A stretch of 64,000 nucleotides of DNA from an uncultured Acidobacteriota bacterium (GCA_963720155.1 CAVREP010000016.1:4847-68846); one strand, 5' to 3'. Positions 32,384-42,507 are shown, counted from the first letter of the stretch. Numbers and translations: made by a program. The notes: a model not told the origin generated them from the sequence alone.

Positions 32384-32911
32384 ATGAATACACGCATCTT
32401 CTTGTGGTCGCTCATTGTGGTCGCTCACAGCGGCACTGGCGGGTTTTCTCTTTGGTTTCGATACCGTCGTTAATCTCCGGCGCGGAGAAGACCATTCAAT
32501 CACTCTGGGGCCTCAGTCCGGGCTTGCACGGGTTTGCCATCGCGTCGGCACTCTACGGAACAGTCGTTGGTTCGCTGTTTGGTGGCTGGCCGGCAGATCG
32601 TTTCGGAGCGGAAATTTACGCTTTTGTGGATCGGCCTGCTTGACATCATCGGCGCACTAGGCTCGGCCTTGGCCCAGAATGTGGTTATTTTCACCGTGGC
32701 ACGCTCTATTGGCGGACTCGGAATTGGCATTTCCACCGTAGTTGCGCCAATGCACATTGCGGAGATAGCACCGCCAAAGATGCGAGGGCGACTGGGTGGA
32801 ATGTTCCTGTTCAACATCGTTCTTGGTATTTTGATCGCTTTCGTCTCCAATCAACGGGCACTCGTTGGTGCGAATTCCCAAGAAACAGTCCATCTTAAGT
32901 CCGTCCCTTAA
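32384..32911 (+). pseudogene. MFS sugar-porter pseudogene (three frameshifts, 3' truncated)
   Basis: Pieces in three frames: MNTRIFLWSL / GFLFGFDTVV / ISGAEKTIQSLWGLSPGLHGFAIASALYGTVVGSLFGGWPADRFG / RKFTLLWIGLLD..VARSIGGLGIGISTVVAPMHIAEIAPPKMRGRLG. A perfect 13-nt tandem duplication TTGTGGTCGCTCA lies at 32402-32427. The sequence ends after about TM5. Confidence 0.8.
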
Positions 32912-33400
32912 GGCGAACAGCATACCTTAGTGTGACTGAAAGTGGTCACCCTTCACGCTCTTGGCAGCGGGGTCGAAATTGACGCGCGATGACTACTTGC
33001 TTGGGGCGCAGTCAGCCTCAAAAAATCTCTCCGCTGACTGTGCTCGAAAAAAGCAAATAATCGAGATTCTCAAAGATTCTTGCTTGAGCTTTTCTGGACT
33101 ACTTCCGACACTTGGCAGGGAAATGAAATTACCATCTTTGCGATCGTTTCCCAGTTGTCGCAGGCAATCGCGATTACTTCCCACATGTCGGCTTATCAGT
33201 AGAAATTCAGTGATTCTCTATGCCGCAGCAAATCCATCAAAGCTTTGAAGTTAGGAAGTCAGCCACAACTTTGATAGATGGAGTTCTCCTGCATAATCCC
33301 GTGAGTTGGGGGCTAGCATGTCTGGTTCGGCCCCATACTGTGCTCCGTACGCTCGTGGTGGCGCGCGGCGCGGGTATAATCGCCGCGAGAGGAATCGGGA

Positions 33401-34639
33401 GTGAAGATTCGACGGCTAAAGACCGCGGTCGTGGAGGGAAATTTCGATTGGACAATCGTTCGCATCGAGACCGATCACGGCATTCGCGGTCTCGGCGAAT
33501 GTTTCTTTGCTCCGGGCCTCACCTCGATTTTACGTTCGCTCGAACCACTCCTGATCGGAGAGGATGCACGGGATATCCATCGCATGTTTCGTAAGCTGCA
33601 GTTGGCCACCTCCGGAGCCGGTTCGGTTGCCGGCATTATCTATAACGCGATCAGTGGTGTTGAAGCCGCGCTTTGGGATGTTCTCGGACAATCGCTCGGG
33701 GTTCCCATTTACCGCCTGCTGGGCGGAAAGTTTCGTGATCGAGTGCGCATTTATGCCGATTGTCATAGCGGCGAGGCCCTCGAAAGCTTGGACGAGATCC
33801 TGCGCTCCCGTGCGGCATCGTGGCAACCGAAGAGTCCCGCCCACGCGGTGAGAGATTATTTTGGCGAGGCTAGCGACGAAACTGCCTCTTCGCCCCAGGA
33901 CTATCGCCGGCAGGCGCTAAAGAGAAAAGCAGAAGGCTACACGGCTCTAAAGTTTGATTTGGATGTGCCAGGTACGCATGGCGTTGATCTCCACAATCGT
34001 GCGCTAAGCAACCGTGCGATCGACTACATGGTGGCGTCGATCGGTGCGGTTTATGAGGCCGTGGGTGCGGACACCGATATCGCGATCGATTGTCATTGGC
34101 GCTACAACGCCGGCGATGTCGTGAAAGTGGCCCGCGAACTCGAACCCTTCCGCTTATTGTGGCTGGAAGATCCGGTTCCACCCAACAATACTGCGGCGCT
34201 GAAAGAAGTGAGTTCGAAAGTGCGGGTGCCGATCGCAACCGGAGAAAATTTGTTTCTCTTCGACGGCTTCCAAGACATCATTGCGTCTCACGCCTTGAGC
34301 ATTGTTACTCCCGATCTACAGAAAGTGGGTGGTTTAGCCGTCGCTCAAACCATTGCGCAATTTGCTGACGCGCATACCATGCCCATAGCGCCGCATAACA
34401 TCAGTAGTCCGGTTGGCACGCTGGCGGCGGCCCACTTTTGCGCCGCCATCCCAAACTTTCTTGCGCTTGAATTTCACGCCTCGGACGTTCCCTTCTGGAA
34501 TGATCTTGTGGAAGGATTGCCCAAGCCGATGATCCAGAATGGCTACATTTGCGTGCCGGAGAAACCTGGGCTCGGAATTACCCTGAATGAAGATCTCGCG
34601 CGGAAGTATGCACGCAAAGGCGAACCGTTTTTCGCATGA
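33401..34639 (+). CDS. enolase-superfamily acid-sugar dehydratase (ManD/GalD-like)
   Basis: GTG start. MKIRRLKTAVV..WTIVRIETDHGIRGLGE. Ligand-like DCHW, LWLEDP, IATGEN. Confidence 0.8.
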   Translation: MKIRRLKTAVVEGNFDWTIVRIETDHGIRGLGECFFAPGLTSILRSLEPLLIGEDARDIHRMFRKLQLATSGAGSVAGIIYNAISGVEAALWDVLGQSLGVPIYRLLGGKFRDRVRIYADCHSGEALESLDEILRSRAASWQPKSPAHAVRDYFGEASDETASSPQDYRRQALKRKAEGYTALKFDLDVPGTHGVDLHNRALSNRAIDYMVASIGAVYEAVGADTDIAIDCHWRYNAGDVVKVARELEPFRLLWLEDPVPPNNTAALKEVSSKVRVPIATGENLFLFDGFQDIIASHALSIVTPDLQKVGGLAVAQTIAQFADAHTMPIAPHNISSPVGTLAAAHFCAAIPNFLALEFHASDVPFWNDLVEGLPKPMIQNGYICVPEKPGLGITLNEDLARKYARKGEPFFA

Positions 34640-34746
34640 GCACCTGAGCGCGTCGCCGAGTTTTATGGTATGGCAATGTTAATTCGCAAAATAGAAATTC
34701 TCACTGAAGTTCGTACTGAAGTTCCCGATAACGAGGCGCGCATCCG

Positions 34747-35448
34747 ATGAGCGCGATAAAATTGTGGAAGTCCGACGACGAACTTTTCGCGATCGTCCGG
34801 CGAGAACTGTTTACTTGCGTGGTGGGCGACGTGATGGACAAACTGAGACTCCAGCACCAGTTTCTCCCGCCGCAGATTCAACCTCTTCGTCAGGATATGG
34901 TGGTAGTCGGGCGCGCCATGCCCGTGCTCGCGGTGGATGTGTTCGCCGAAAAGATTGGCGGCAGCGCCAACCCGCTTATGGAGAAGCCTTTTGGCTTGAT
35001 GCTGGAAGCGCTCGACGACCTCCACCCCAACGAAGTTTACGTCAACACGGGCTCTTCGCCGCGGAACGCGCTGTGGGGAGAAATGATGAGCACGCGCGCC
35101 CGCCAGTTAGGCAGTCCGGGTGCGGTGCTAAACGGATATGTGAGAGATACCAAGGCTATCCTGGCGATGAATTTTCCGACCTTCGGTTTCGGTTCCTATG
35201 GACAAGATTCCGCTCCGCGTTACAAGGTAGTCGACTTTCGCATCCCGGTTGAAATTGGAATGGTGCGTGTGCGGCCAGGCGATATTCTGTTCGGTGACAT
35301 AGACGGAGTATTGTTGGTTCCTGCTGAAGCTGAAGGCGAGGTATTCGCAGGAGCGCTCGAAAAAGCGCGCGGCGAGAAGCTGGTCAAAAAAGCAATCGAA
35401 GAAGGAATCAGCGCTGTCAAGGCATTCGAGAAGTACGGAATCATGTAA
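34747..35448 (+). CDS. RraA-family protein (HMG/CHA-aldolase-like)
   Basis: GEMMSTRARQLGSPGAVLNGYVRDT and DIDGVLLVP motifs. 233 aa. Confidence 0.8.
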   Translation: MSAIKLWKSDDELFAIVRRELFTCVVGDVMDKLRLQHQFLPPQIQPLRQDMVVVGRAMPVLAVDVFAEKIGGSANPLMEKPFGLMLEALDDLHPNEVYVNTGSSPRNALWGEMMSTRARQLGSPGAVLNGYVRDTKAILAMNFPTFGFGSYGQDSAPRYKVVDFRIPVEIGMVRVRPGDILFGDIDGVLLVPAEAEGEVFAGALEKARGEKLVKKAIEEGISAVKAFEKYGIM

Positions 35449-35453
35449 ACGAA

Positions 35454-36641
35454 ATGGGCCTCTCTCTGACTCGTACTCCGTCAGCCCGCGCGCAACAGGT
35501 TCGCAGCTTTCTCCGATCAAAGAATTTGTTGGCCTGGATTGCCTGGCGTCCTGATGAACTGCTTCTGTTGTCGGGATACTTTCCATTCTGGGGCGCCTCG
35601 CTGCTAATCCATTTCGCGGACGCGGAACCTGTGCTCCTCGTGCCGCAGATTGAACCGAGAGATCACATTCCTGCTGGTGTGCGCGTTCAGGAATATCCCT
35701 GGAGCGATTTGAAGTGCGCGGATCCGTATTCCGTTCTGGTGTCGGCGGTAAACGAGGTACTGGGGAAAGCTGGCATCAGGGCGGGACAGGTTGGCATGAA
35801 TCCTGGCGGGGCCCGAACTTCTCTGCCAATTCAAGCCGCCGAGCAAATTCCGATCCCTGAGAATTTCGCGGCACAGCTTTCCCGGGTCGCTGCGGAACCG
35901 GACGCCCAACCCTCAGAACGATTGCTGGCTCTTTATTTGAGAAAAACTCAGGAAGAGGTCGCCGCCATCCAGCTGGCAAACCGGGTAGCAAGTATTGGAT
36001 TGCGGGCCTTTGCTGAGAATCTAAAGCCGGAGGTCACAGAGGCCGAAGTCGCGGCAACCGTGGAATCCGCAATTTATCGGCAGATCGGCCACGATGGAAT
36101 CTTTTATTCCCGGGGATGGGCCATGGTGCAATCCGGTCCTTGCAGCGCAGATGCCGGGCGATTCAATCGCTCGACAGGACAGCGGTTAAAAAACGGCGAC
36201 ATGGTTCTGATCGAACTGGCAACCTGCGCGAACGGTTATTGGAGCGACCTTACCCGCACCGCTCCGGTCGGTTCGCCCAAGGCAGAACTTGAATCGATAC
36301 TTACTGTCGTGAGAGAGGCGCAACGTGCTGCCGTCGACGCCATACGGCCCGGTGTTTCCGCAGGCGACATTGACGCTGTAGCCAGGGATAAAATCGCAGC
36401 CGAAGGACTCTCTAATTTCTGCCCTTACCCCACCGGCCAGCATGTAGGATTCCGCTACCATGACCCGGGATTTCCGATCTCTCCTGGAGTAACTGCAAAG
36501 CTCGAGCCCGGCATGGTTATAACCATCGAACCGGGAGTGTATGTGACAGAACGCGGCGGCGGGGCTCGCATTGAGGATAACGTCTTGGTGACCGAATCGG
36601 GCCACGAAGTGCTTTCCATGCTTGAAGGGGCGGGCGACTGA
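35454..36641 (+). CDS. M24-family (Xaa-Pro peptidase/creatinase-fold) protein
   Basis: GDMVLIELATCANGYWSDLTRT, HVGFRYHD, ITIEPGVY, ARIEDNVLVT. Confidence 0.8.
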   Translation: MGLSLTRTPSARAQQVRSFLRSKNLLAWIAWRPDELLLLSGYFPFWGASLLIHFADAEPVLLVPQIEPRDHIPAGVRVQEYPWSDLKCADPYSVLVSAVNEVLGKAGIRAGQVGMNPGGARTSLPIQAAEQIPIPENFAAQLSRVAAEPDAQPSERLLALYLRKTQEEVAAIQLANRVASIGLRAFAENLKPEVTEAEVAATVESAIYRQIGHDGIFYSRGWAMVQSGPCSADAGRFNRSTGQRLKNGDMVLIELATCANGYWSDLTRTAPVGSPKAELESILTVVREAQRAAVDAIRPGVSAGDIDAVARDKIAAEGLSNFCPYPTGQHVGFRYHDPGFPISPGVTAKLEPGMVITIEPGVYVTERGGGARIEDNVLVTESGHEVLSMLEGAGD

Positions 36642-37414
36642 TGATCAGCATTGATCTTTCCGGCAAGACAATCTTGATCACGGGCGCCATGGGTGCAATT
36701 GCCGAGCACATGGTGCGGCGGTTGGCTGAAAGCGGTGCGACCCTCGTCCTCACAGATATCAAGCCCCAGCAGCAAGCTCAGACAACACTGAATGACTGGA
36801 CAATTCCGCCGTCGTCATATGTTTACATTCCGGCCGATATTACGGATTCGAGCCAGGTGGATGCCGTGGTGCACGCAGCCTTCGAAAGGTTTCCCGGTCT
36901 GGATACGGTTATTGGCCATGCCGGCGGCTGCGGATTGCATCCCTTCGCGACGACCTCGGAAGCCGATTATGAGCGAATCTTCCGCTTCAATTATTTTGCC
37001 CAGACTTACCTGGCGCGTTCCGTGCTGGCACGCTGGACTCAAAGCAAGATCGCTGGCCACCTGATCTTTACGTCCTCTTATGTGGCACGAATGCCGCATA
37101 CTCTGATTCCGTCGTATTCTTCGGCGAAAGCGGCGCTGGAGAATTTCGCCCGGAGCCTCGCCCTGGAATATGCGTTAACCAGCATTCGTGTGAACGTGGT
37201 TTCGCCGGGGAACGTTGCTGCCGGGAGTTCGTTGAGAGTTTTCGATGAGGATCCGGCCTATCGGGAATTTGTGCTGCGCGTTTCGCTGGGGAGACGAAAT
37301 AGCCCGGAGTCCATCGCAGACACTTTTGTCTTTCTGTGTTCGCCGCTGGCCGCCGAGATTAATGGGCAAATTCTCAGCCCCGACTACGGAGCAGGCATCG
37401 GGAATCGCCTATGA
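36641..37414 (+). CDS. SDR-family oxidoreductase
   Basis: ITGAMGAIAEHM glycine motif, YSSAKAAL (YxxxK). 257 aa. Start overlaps the previous stop. Confidence 0.85.
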   Translation: MISIDLSGKTILITGAMGAIAEHMVRRLAESGATLVLTDIKPQQQAQTTLNDWTIPPSSYVYIPADITDSSQVDAVVHAAFERFPGLDTVIGHAGGCGLHPFATTSEADYERIFRFNYFAQTYLARSVLARWTQSKIAGHLIFTSSYVARMPHTLIPSYSSAKAALENFARSLALEYALTSIRVNVVSPGNVAAGSSLRVFDEDPAYREFVLRVSLGRRNSPESIADTFVFLCSPLAAEINGQILSPDYGAGIGNRL

Positions 37415-38526
37415 AGATAGGGCTGGGTCTCTACCGTCACATGCTGATGCGCGAGTATTACGACTTTGCGCGGCAGGCAGGTTGTACTCACGTCGTGGTC
37501 CATCTGGTCGACTACTTCAATCAGGGCCCTTCCAATCCGCGTGACAATCAGCCGACTGGCTCGAAGTACGAAGCATGGGGAGTGGCTGGCGATCCCGATC
37601 AGCTTTGGACAGTCAAAGAATTGAAGACGCTTCGCCGGGAGATTGAAGAGACTGGACTGGTTCTCGCCGCGATCGAGAATCTTGATCCCGCCCATTGGCA
37701 CGACATTCTTCTCGACGGTCCAAAACGCCCGCAACAAATCGAAAAGGTGAAGACAATAATCCGCCGTCTTGGAGAAGCCCGCATTCCGGTGCTCGGGTAC
37801 AACTTCAGCCTGGCCGGTGTATGTGGACGCGTGACTGCCCCGCTGGGACGTGGCCACGCGATCACGCTGGGGATGGACGGGCCGGCCGAGGACGTTCCAA
37901 TTCCGAATGGAATGATCTGGAATATGGTCTATGACCGCAACGCGCCTCCAGGTATGTTGCCGTCGATCTCGCACGAAGAACTCTGGCAGCGGCTGCAAAG
38001 ATTTCTGGAGGACGTCATTCCCGTCGCCGAGCAATCAGGAGTGCGGCTGGCCGCGCACCCTGACGATCCGCCGATGCCGACCATGCGGCAGCAGCCGCGA
38101 CTGGTTTATCAGCCGCCCATGTATCAGAGATTGATCGATCTCGCTCCCAGCCGCAGCAATGCACTCGAGCTATGTGTAGGAACGCTCGCCGAAATGACCG
38201 AAGGCAATATCTACGAAGCGGTGGATCGATATAGCCGCCAAGGCAAGATTGCTTATATCCATTTCCGGAACGTAGCAGGGAAAGTGCCGCATTATCACGA
38301 GACTTTTATCGACGAAGGCGATGTGGATATGATTCGCATTCTCTCAATTCTTCATGGCAACGGATTTGACGGCGTCCTCATTCCCGATCACACGCCGCAG
38401 ATGTCGTGTTCTGCGCCCTGGCACGCGGGCATGGCGCACACTCTTGGTTTCATGCTGGCGGCGAAGGCCATGATCGATTCGCAGCCGCCGCGCGTTGCGG
38501 ACCTTGTATCGGACGGAGGCAAATAG
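37411..38526 (+). CDS. uxuA: mannonate dehydratase (UxuA-type TIM barrel)
   Basis: HPDDPPMP, IAYIHFRNV, FIDEGDVDM, LIPDHTPQM segments. ATGA overlap with the SDR stop. Confidence 0.75.
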   Translation: MKIGLGLYRHMLMREYYDFARQAGCTHVVVHLVDYFNQGPSNPRDNQPTGSKYEAWGVAGDPDQLWTVKELKTLRREIEETGLVLAAIENLDPAHWHDILLDGPKRPQQIEKVKTIIRRLGEARIPVLGYNFSLAGVCGRVTAPLGRGHAITLGMDGPAEDVPIPNGMIWNMVYDRNAPPGMLPSISHEELWQRLQRFLEDVIPVAEQSGVRLAAHPDDPPMPTMRQQPRLVYQPPMYQRLIDLAPSRSNALELCVGTLAEMTEGNIYEAVDRYSRQGKIAYIHFRNVAGKVPHYHETFIDEGDVDMIRILSILHGNGFDGVLIPDHTPQMSCSAPWHAGMAHTLGFMLAAKAMIDSQPPRVADLVSDGGK

Positions 38527-39907
38527 TCTGGAAAGCTCTTCTGCTCAGGCGTATTCCCGTGGGCCGCTGGCCATCGCAGCCACTGTTTCTACTTTGGGCG
38601 GCCTGTTGTTTGGCTACGACAACATCGTAATCAGCGGCGCGATTGGATATTTGAGTCGGTTATTTCATTTGGACGCGGCAGGCATCGGCTGGGCTGCGGG
38701 TTGCGCACTCATCGGATGCATTGCCGGTTGCGCAGCTGCGGGCACCGTTGCCGACTATCTCGGCAAGAAGAAAGGCCTGGCACTTTGCGCCGTGTGTTTC
38801 GCATTGTCTTCCGCGGGAATGATGTTTGCTTCGAATCTTCATCAGTTTGTTTTCTGGCGATTGATTGGAGGAATTGGCATCGGGGCAGCGTCCGTAATTT
38901 CGCCGAATTACATCGCGGAGATTGCTCCCACGCCGGTTCGCGGCCGCTGTGTGACTCTCTATCAACTTGGCATCGTGGTTGGAATTCTTGCCGCGGTCTT
39001 CGTCAACATGCTGATTCAGCGCATGGGCGACGAAGCCTGGAATATCTCTGCGGGCTGGCGCTGGATGTTTCTAGCCGGAGTCGTGCCGGCAATTCTGTTT
39101 GGACTCATGATCCTGCCGGCCGTCGAAAGTCCGCGCTGGTTGATGAAAGTGGGCCAGAATAATCAGGCTCTCCGCGTGCTTGCCCAAATCAACGGCCCCG
39201 AGGCGGCCACGCGGGAAGCCGCTGAAATCCAAAACTCTTTGGCCATCGAAGAGGGTCACATCTCGGAACTGTTCACCACCTTCCGCCGTCCGCTGCTGCT
39301 TGGCATCATGTTGGCTGGGCTGCAACAGATCAGCGGCATCACACCCCTATTTTCTTTCCTGCCCGAGATCTTTCGTTCTGCCGGTACGGCGACCAGCGAT
39401 GCATTTTTTCAATCCGTGCTGGTGAGCCTGATCAATCTTCTGTTCACGCTTTTCGCTCTATGGCTCGTAGATCGTGCCGGGCGCAAAACGTTAATCCTCG
39501 CCGGCACCGCTTTGCAGTTTGTCTCTTTTGCGTTGGTGGGCTGGTTCTATCACATTCACGCCAGCGGGGTCGCGGTACTGATTTTTGTGATGAGCTTCGT
39601 CGCCGGCCATGCGTTTGGCAATGGCGTCGCGTGCTGGGTTATCATCTCGGAGATTTATCCGACCAAGGTTCGCGGGCGAGGCATGTCCATCGCCACCACC
39701 GCGCTGTGGTTGGTCGGCTACTTGGGGAACCAGTTATTTCCGATCATGCAAAAGCATCTGGGATCGGATGGCACTTTTTGGTACTTCAGTGTCGGAGCTC
39801 TGTTAACGATCATCCTCGTCGGCTGGTTGGTTCCAGAGACCAAGGGCCGATCCCTCGAAGAGATCACCAGGTTCTGGACGGAGGAGAAATCCGTCGCAAT
39901 GGCATAA
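38495..39907 (+). CDS. MFS sugar porter
   Basis: LGGLLFGYDNIVISGA, RLIGGIGIGAASVISPNYIAEIAPTPVRGR, PESPRWL, PETKGRSLEEI. No ATG or GTG near the 5' end, so the start (TTG 38495 or 38504) is uncertain. Confidence 0.85.
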   Translation: MRTLYRTEANSLESSSAQAYSRGPLAIAATVSTLGGLLFGYDNIVISGAIGYLSRLFHLDAAGIGWAAGCALIGCIAGCAAAGTVADYLGKKKGLALCAVCFALSSAGMMFASNLHQFVFWRLIGGIGIGAASVISPNYIAEIAPTPVRGRCVTLYQLGIVVGILAAVFVNMLIQRMGDEAWNISAGWRWMFLAGVVPAILFGLMILPAVESPRWLMKVGQNNQALRVLAQINGPEAATREAAEIQNSLAIEEGHISELFTTFRRPLLLGIMLAGLQQISGITPLFSFLPEIFRSAGTATSDAFFQSVLVSLINLLFTLFALWLVDRAGRKTLILAGTALQFVSFALVGWFYHIHASGVAVLIFVMSFVAGHAFGNGVACWVIISEIYPTKVRGRGMSIATTALWLVGYLGNQLFPIMQKHLGSDGTFWYFSVGALLTIILVGWLVPETKGRSLEEITRFWTEEKSVAMA

Positions 39908-39982
39908 ATATCTGAGGCAACTGTCAAAGACATAATGACAAAAGAGGATCGAACAGAAAAACAAGAGACGCGCAAAGAAGTT

Positions 39983-41548
39983 ATGCCTCTCGCTCGTTTT
40001 TGCTTATGTCTGCTTCTTCTCTGTGCGTCTGCTGTTCCCCAAGACGCGCCGAACTCGGGATTTCGATCCTTGAATCTAGATGCCGGCAAAGTGATCGGAG
40101 AAATCCGATCGTTTCAGGGACTGAACGGTCCACCAAGCCCTGTAATGGCGGGACTTCCAACTCTCGTTCAACAATACAGGGATCTTCGCATCAATCAGGT
40201 TCGAACCCACGACGCCATGGGTCCGTCGGAAATCGACTCCAAGTTCGTCCTTGGCAATGGAGAACTCGCTTGGCTCATTCCCGACAATGCTCAGCGCGCC
40301 GGAGTTGTGAAGGCGGGGAATGCTGCCATTATTTTCCCTGATTGGAGCGCTGATCCTGAAAAGTCTGCAAGCTACAATTTTGCTCCCACCGATAAGATGA
40401 TCGCTGCCATTCGTGCCAGCGGTGCAGAAGTCTATTACCGCATCGGCCGCAGTTGGGGCGCCAACGTCAATCCGCCGGATGATTTCGACAAGTTTTCAAA
40501 GGTGGTGAAGCATATTGCTATGCATTACAACCTCGGTTGGGCCAATGGCTTCCACGATGGCATTCGCTACTGGGAATTTTGGAATGAGCCCGATGGCCTG
40601 TTTTGGTCCGGCACCCCGCAGCAGTTTTACTCTCTGTATGAGAAAACCGCGCTCGCCCTGAAATCTGTCGATCCCACGTTGAAGGTTGGCGGCGACGGCA
40701 AAGCTTTCCCGTCCGACGATAGCGGCTATCGTGAAGGATTTCTCGATTATTGCGCTTCGCATCACGTGCCTCTCGATTTTTATTCATGGCACACGTATGC
40801 CAACGGATCCGCGGATCCTTACGACGCAGTTCGGCTCGCTAAAGAAATTCGCGGCATTCTTGACACGCATGGGTTTCTTCGCGCAGAGAGCATTCTCTCA
40901 GAGTGGGATTTGAGCGCGGACTTTACTGATGCCGAAAAGGCCGAACTTCAAGGCGTACACAACGCTGCCTACATTGGCGCGGTGCTCAGCTATCTTCAGG
41001 ACACCCCGATTGACCACGCCCACTTTTATCGTGGAGACGCGGCATGGATGGGACTCTTTGATCTCCACGGGAAATATTTCAAGACCGCATACGCGTTCAA
41101 AGCGATGGGCGAAATGCTGGACACCCCACAACGGCTGGCAGTCGAAGGCACGGATACTTTCGGCTTCGCTGCCCTTGCCGGGCGCACTGTCGACGGTAAC
41201 ACAGTCCAGATTCTGATCAGCAACTACGCGATTCCCCCGAATTACAAGCCCGATCTCATGCCGATGCCTCCGGAATTGCAAAAAGCCGCACCGCCAATGC
41301 CGGACATGTCCAAAGTGAAGTTCCTGCCGGTGCGCACTGACATTGTTTATCGCGATAATCGCGGCTACAACCTGACCGTCCGCAACTTACCCTGGGGAAG
41401 CGCTGTGTTCAGCGTCAAGCGTTACCGGATCAGCAAGACCCAGAACCTCGAGTTGGTGGGGGAGAAACCCGCCAAGGGCGATAGTTTGAACTTGTCCAAT
41501 GCGCTGGCTCCCGATGCCTTGGAACTTATAGTTCTTAGGCACCAGTAG
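39983..41548 (+). CDS. secreted glycoside hydrolase, clan GH-A (GH39/GH5-like)
   Basis: Signal peptide MPLARFCLCLLLLCASAVPQ from ATG 39983. YWEFWNEPD motif. Family assignment is tentative. Confidence 0.6.
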   Translation: MPLARFCLCLLLLCASAVPQDAPNSGFRSLNLDAGKVIGEIRSFQGLNGPPSPVMAGLPTLVQQYRDLRINQVRTHDAMGPSEIDSKFVLGNGELAWLIPDNAQRAGVVKAGNAAIIFPDWSADPEKSASYNFAPTDKMIAAIRASGAEVYYRIGRSWGANVNPPDDFDKFSKVVKHIAMHYNLGWANGFHDGIRYWEFWNEPDGLFWSGTPQQFYSLYEKTALALKSVDPTLKVGGDGKAFPSDDSGYREGFLDYCASHHVPLDFYSWHTYANGSADPYDAVRLAKEIRGILDTHGFLRAESILSEWDLSADFTDAEKAELQGVHNAAYIGAVLSYLQDTPIDHAHFYRGDAAWMGLFDLHGKYFKTAYAFKAMGEMLDTPQRLAVEGTDTFGFAALAGRTVDGNTVQILISNYAIPPNYKPDLMPMPPELQKAAPPMPDMSKVKFLPVRTDIVYRDNRGYNLTVRNLPWGSAVFSVKRYRISKTQNLELVGEKPAKGDSLNLSNALAPDALELIVLRHQ

Positions 41549-41612
41549 TCGGCTCCTGTGCAAGAGCTACGTTGAGTCCTCATGTAAGGGAAATTGCGCG
41601 CAAAAGCCCGAT

Positions 41613-41660
41613 TTGACCGGAGGGTCTTTTCGAGGTATAATTAAACTAGTTTAAACTAGT
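41613..41660 (+). promoter_or_regulatory. consensus sigma70 promoter plus tandem operator-like repeats of the phd-vapC module
   Basis: TTGACC (41613-41618), 17-nt spacer, TATAAT (41636-41641). Then TTAAACTAGT twice (41641-41660), each containing the palindrome ACTAGT. GGAGGG lies before ATG 41676. Confidence 0.65.
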
Positions 41661-41675
41661 CTTATTGGAGGGAAC

Positions 41676-41921
41676 ATGGACTCTGTAGGGGCCTTTGAGG
41701 CCAAGACGCATTTGTCTGACCTGCTGGACCGGGTAGGACAAGGTGAAAAAATCACGATCACCAGGCACGGGGTTCCTGCAGCAATGCTGGTTCCTGTCGA
41801 AGAAACGGGGTCCAAACTGACACACCGGGAAGTCGTGGAGGGAATGCGGGCGCTGCGCAAGCGGATTAAGCCCGATTCCATGAGTGTCCGCGAGATGGTT
41901 AATGAAGGACGGCGATTTTGA
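41676..41921 (+). CDS. Phd/YefM-family antitoxin
   Basis: 81 aa. AFEAKTHLSDLLDRVGQGEKITITRHGVPAAMLVP. Confidence 0.85.
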   Translation: MDSVGAFEAKTHLSDLLDRVGQGEKITITRHGVPAAMLVPVEETGSKLTHREVVEGMRALRKRIKPDSMSVREMVNEGRRF

Positions 41922-42334
41922 CCGGGATAGTGGTTGATGCCTCTGTAGCGCTCGCCTGGTGTTTCTCTGACGAGGCGAGCGAATACGCAGACGGTGTGCT
42001 TGTGGCGCTGGAAGGCCGGACGGTGATCGTTCCATCCATATGGGCGCTGGAAGTTACAAATGCGGTGTTGGTGGCCGAGCGCCGCAAGCGTGTGAAGCAG
42101 CCGGATGTGCGGCGCTTTGTGGAATTGCTGGGAGGCCTGACAATTATCGAGCATGCACAAACGGTCGCAGACACCGTGAACAATGTTCTTCCACTGGCGC
42201 GGGAATACAATCTTTCGGCATACGACGCGGCATATCTTGATGTGGCAGTGCGACAAGGAGCGCCGATGGCCACCCTTGACAGTGGATTAGAGAAAGCCGG
42301 GCGCTCGGCTGGCATCAAGATTTTCAAGGCTTGA
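41918..42334 (+). CDS. vapC: PIN-domain toxin VapC
   Basis: 138 aa. IVVDASVALAW, WALEVTNAV, YDAAYLDVA acidic PIN residues. Overlaps the antitoxin stop. Confidence 0.85.
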   Translation: MTGIVVDASVALAWCFSDEASEYADGVLVALEGRTVIVPSIWALEVTNAVLVAERRKRVKQPDVRRFVELLGGLTIIEHAQTVADTVNNVLPLAREYNLSAYDAAYLDVAVRQGAPMATLDSGLEKAGRSAGIKIFKA

Positions 42335-42507
42335 TTTGTCTTCTAAGGTCACCAGCATATCGACATCTCCAAAACCAGTAGCAAGAGGATCGTGACGCTT
42401 GGCTACCCCTTGGTTCCGGCTACTTTGCCGTTGTCTAAAACCCACGTTTTAGAGACGGTCGATCCAAGGGAAATTTTCCTTACGTGGAAATGGCAGTGTT
42501 GTGGATG

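Noticed and set aside
40198-40208. A tRNA T-arm-like GGTTCGAACCC.
   Set aside because: It lies in frame inside the glycoside hydrolase CDS. It has no acceptor or anticodon arms around it.
42434-42456. The hairpin TCTAAAAC-CCAC-GTTTTAGA, containing GTTTTAGAG, which is reminiscent of type II CRISPR repeats.
   Set aside because: It occurs only once, with no array and no cas genes. It is probably just a local hairpin downstream of the 81-aa ORF.
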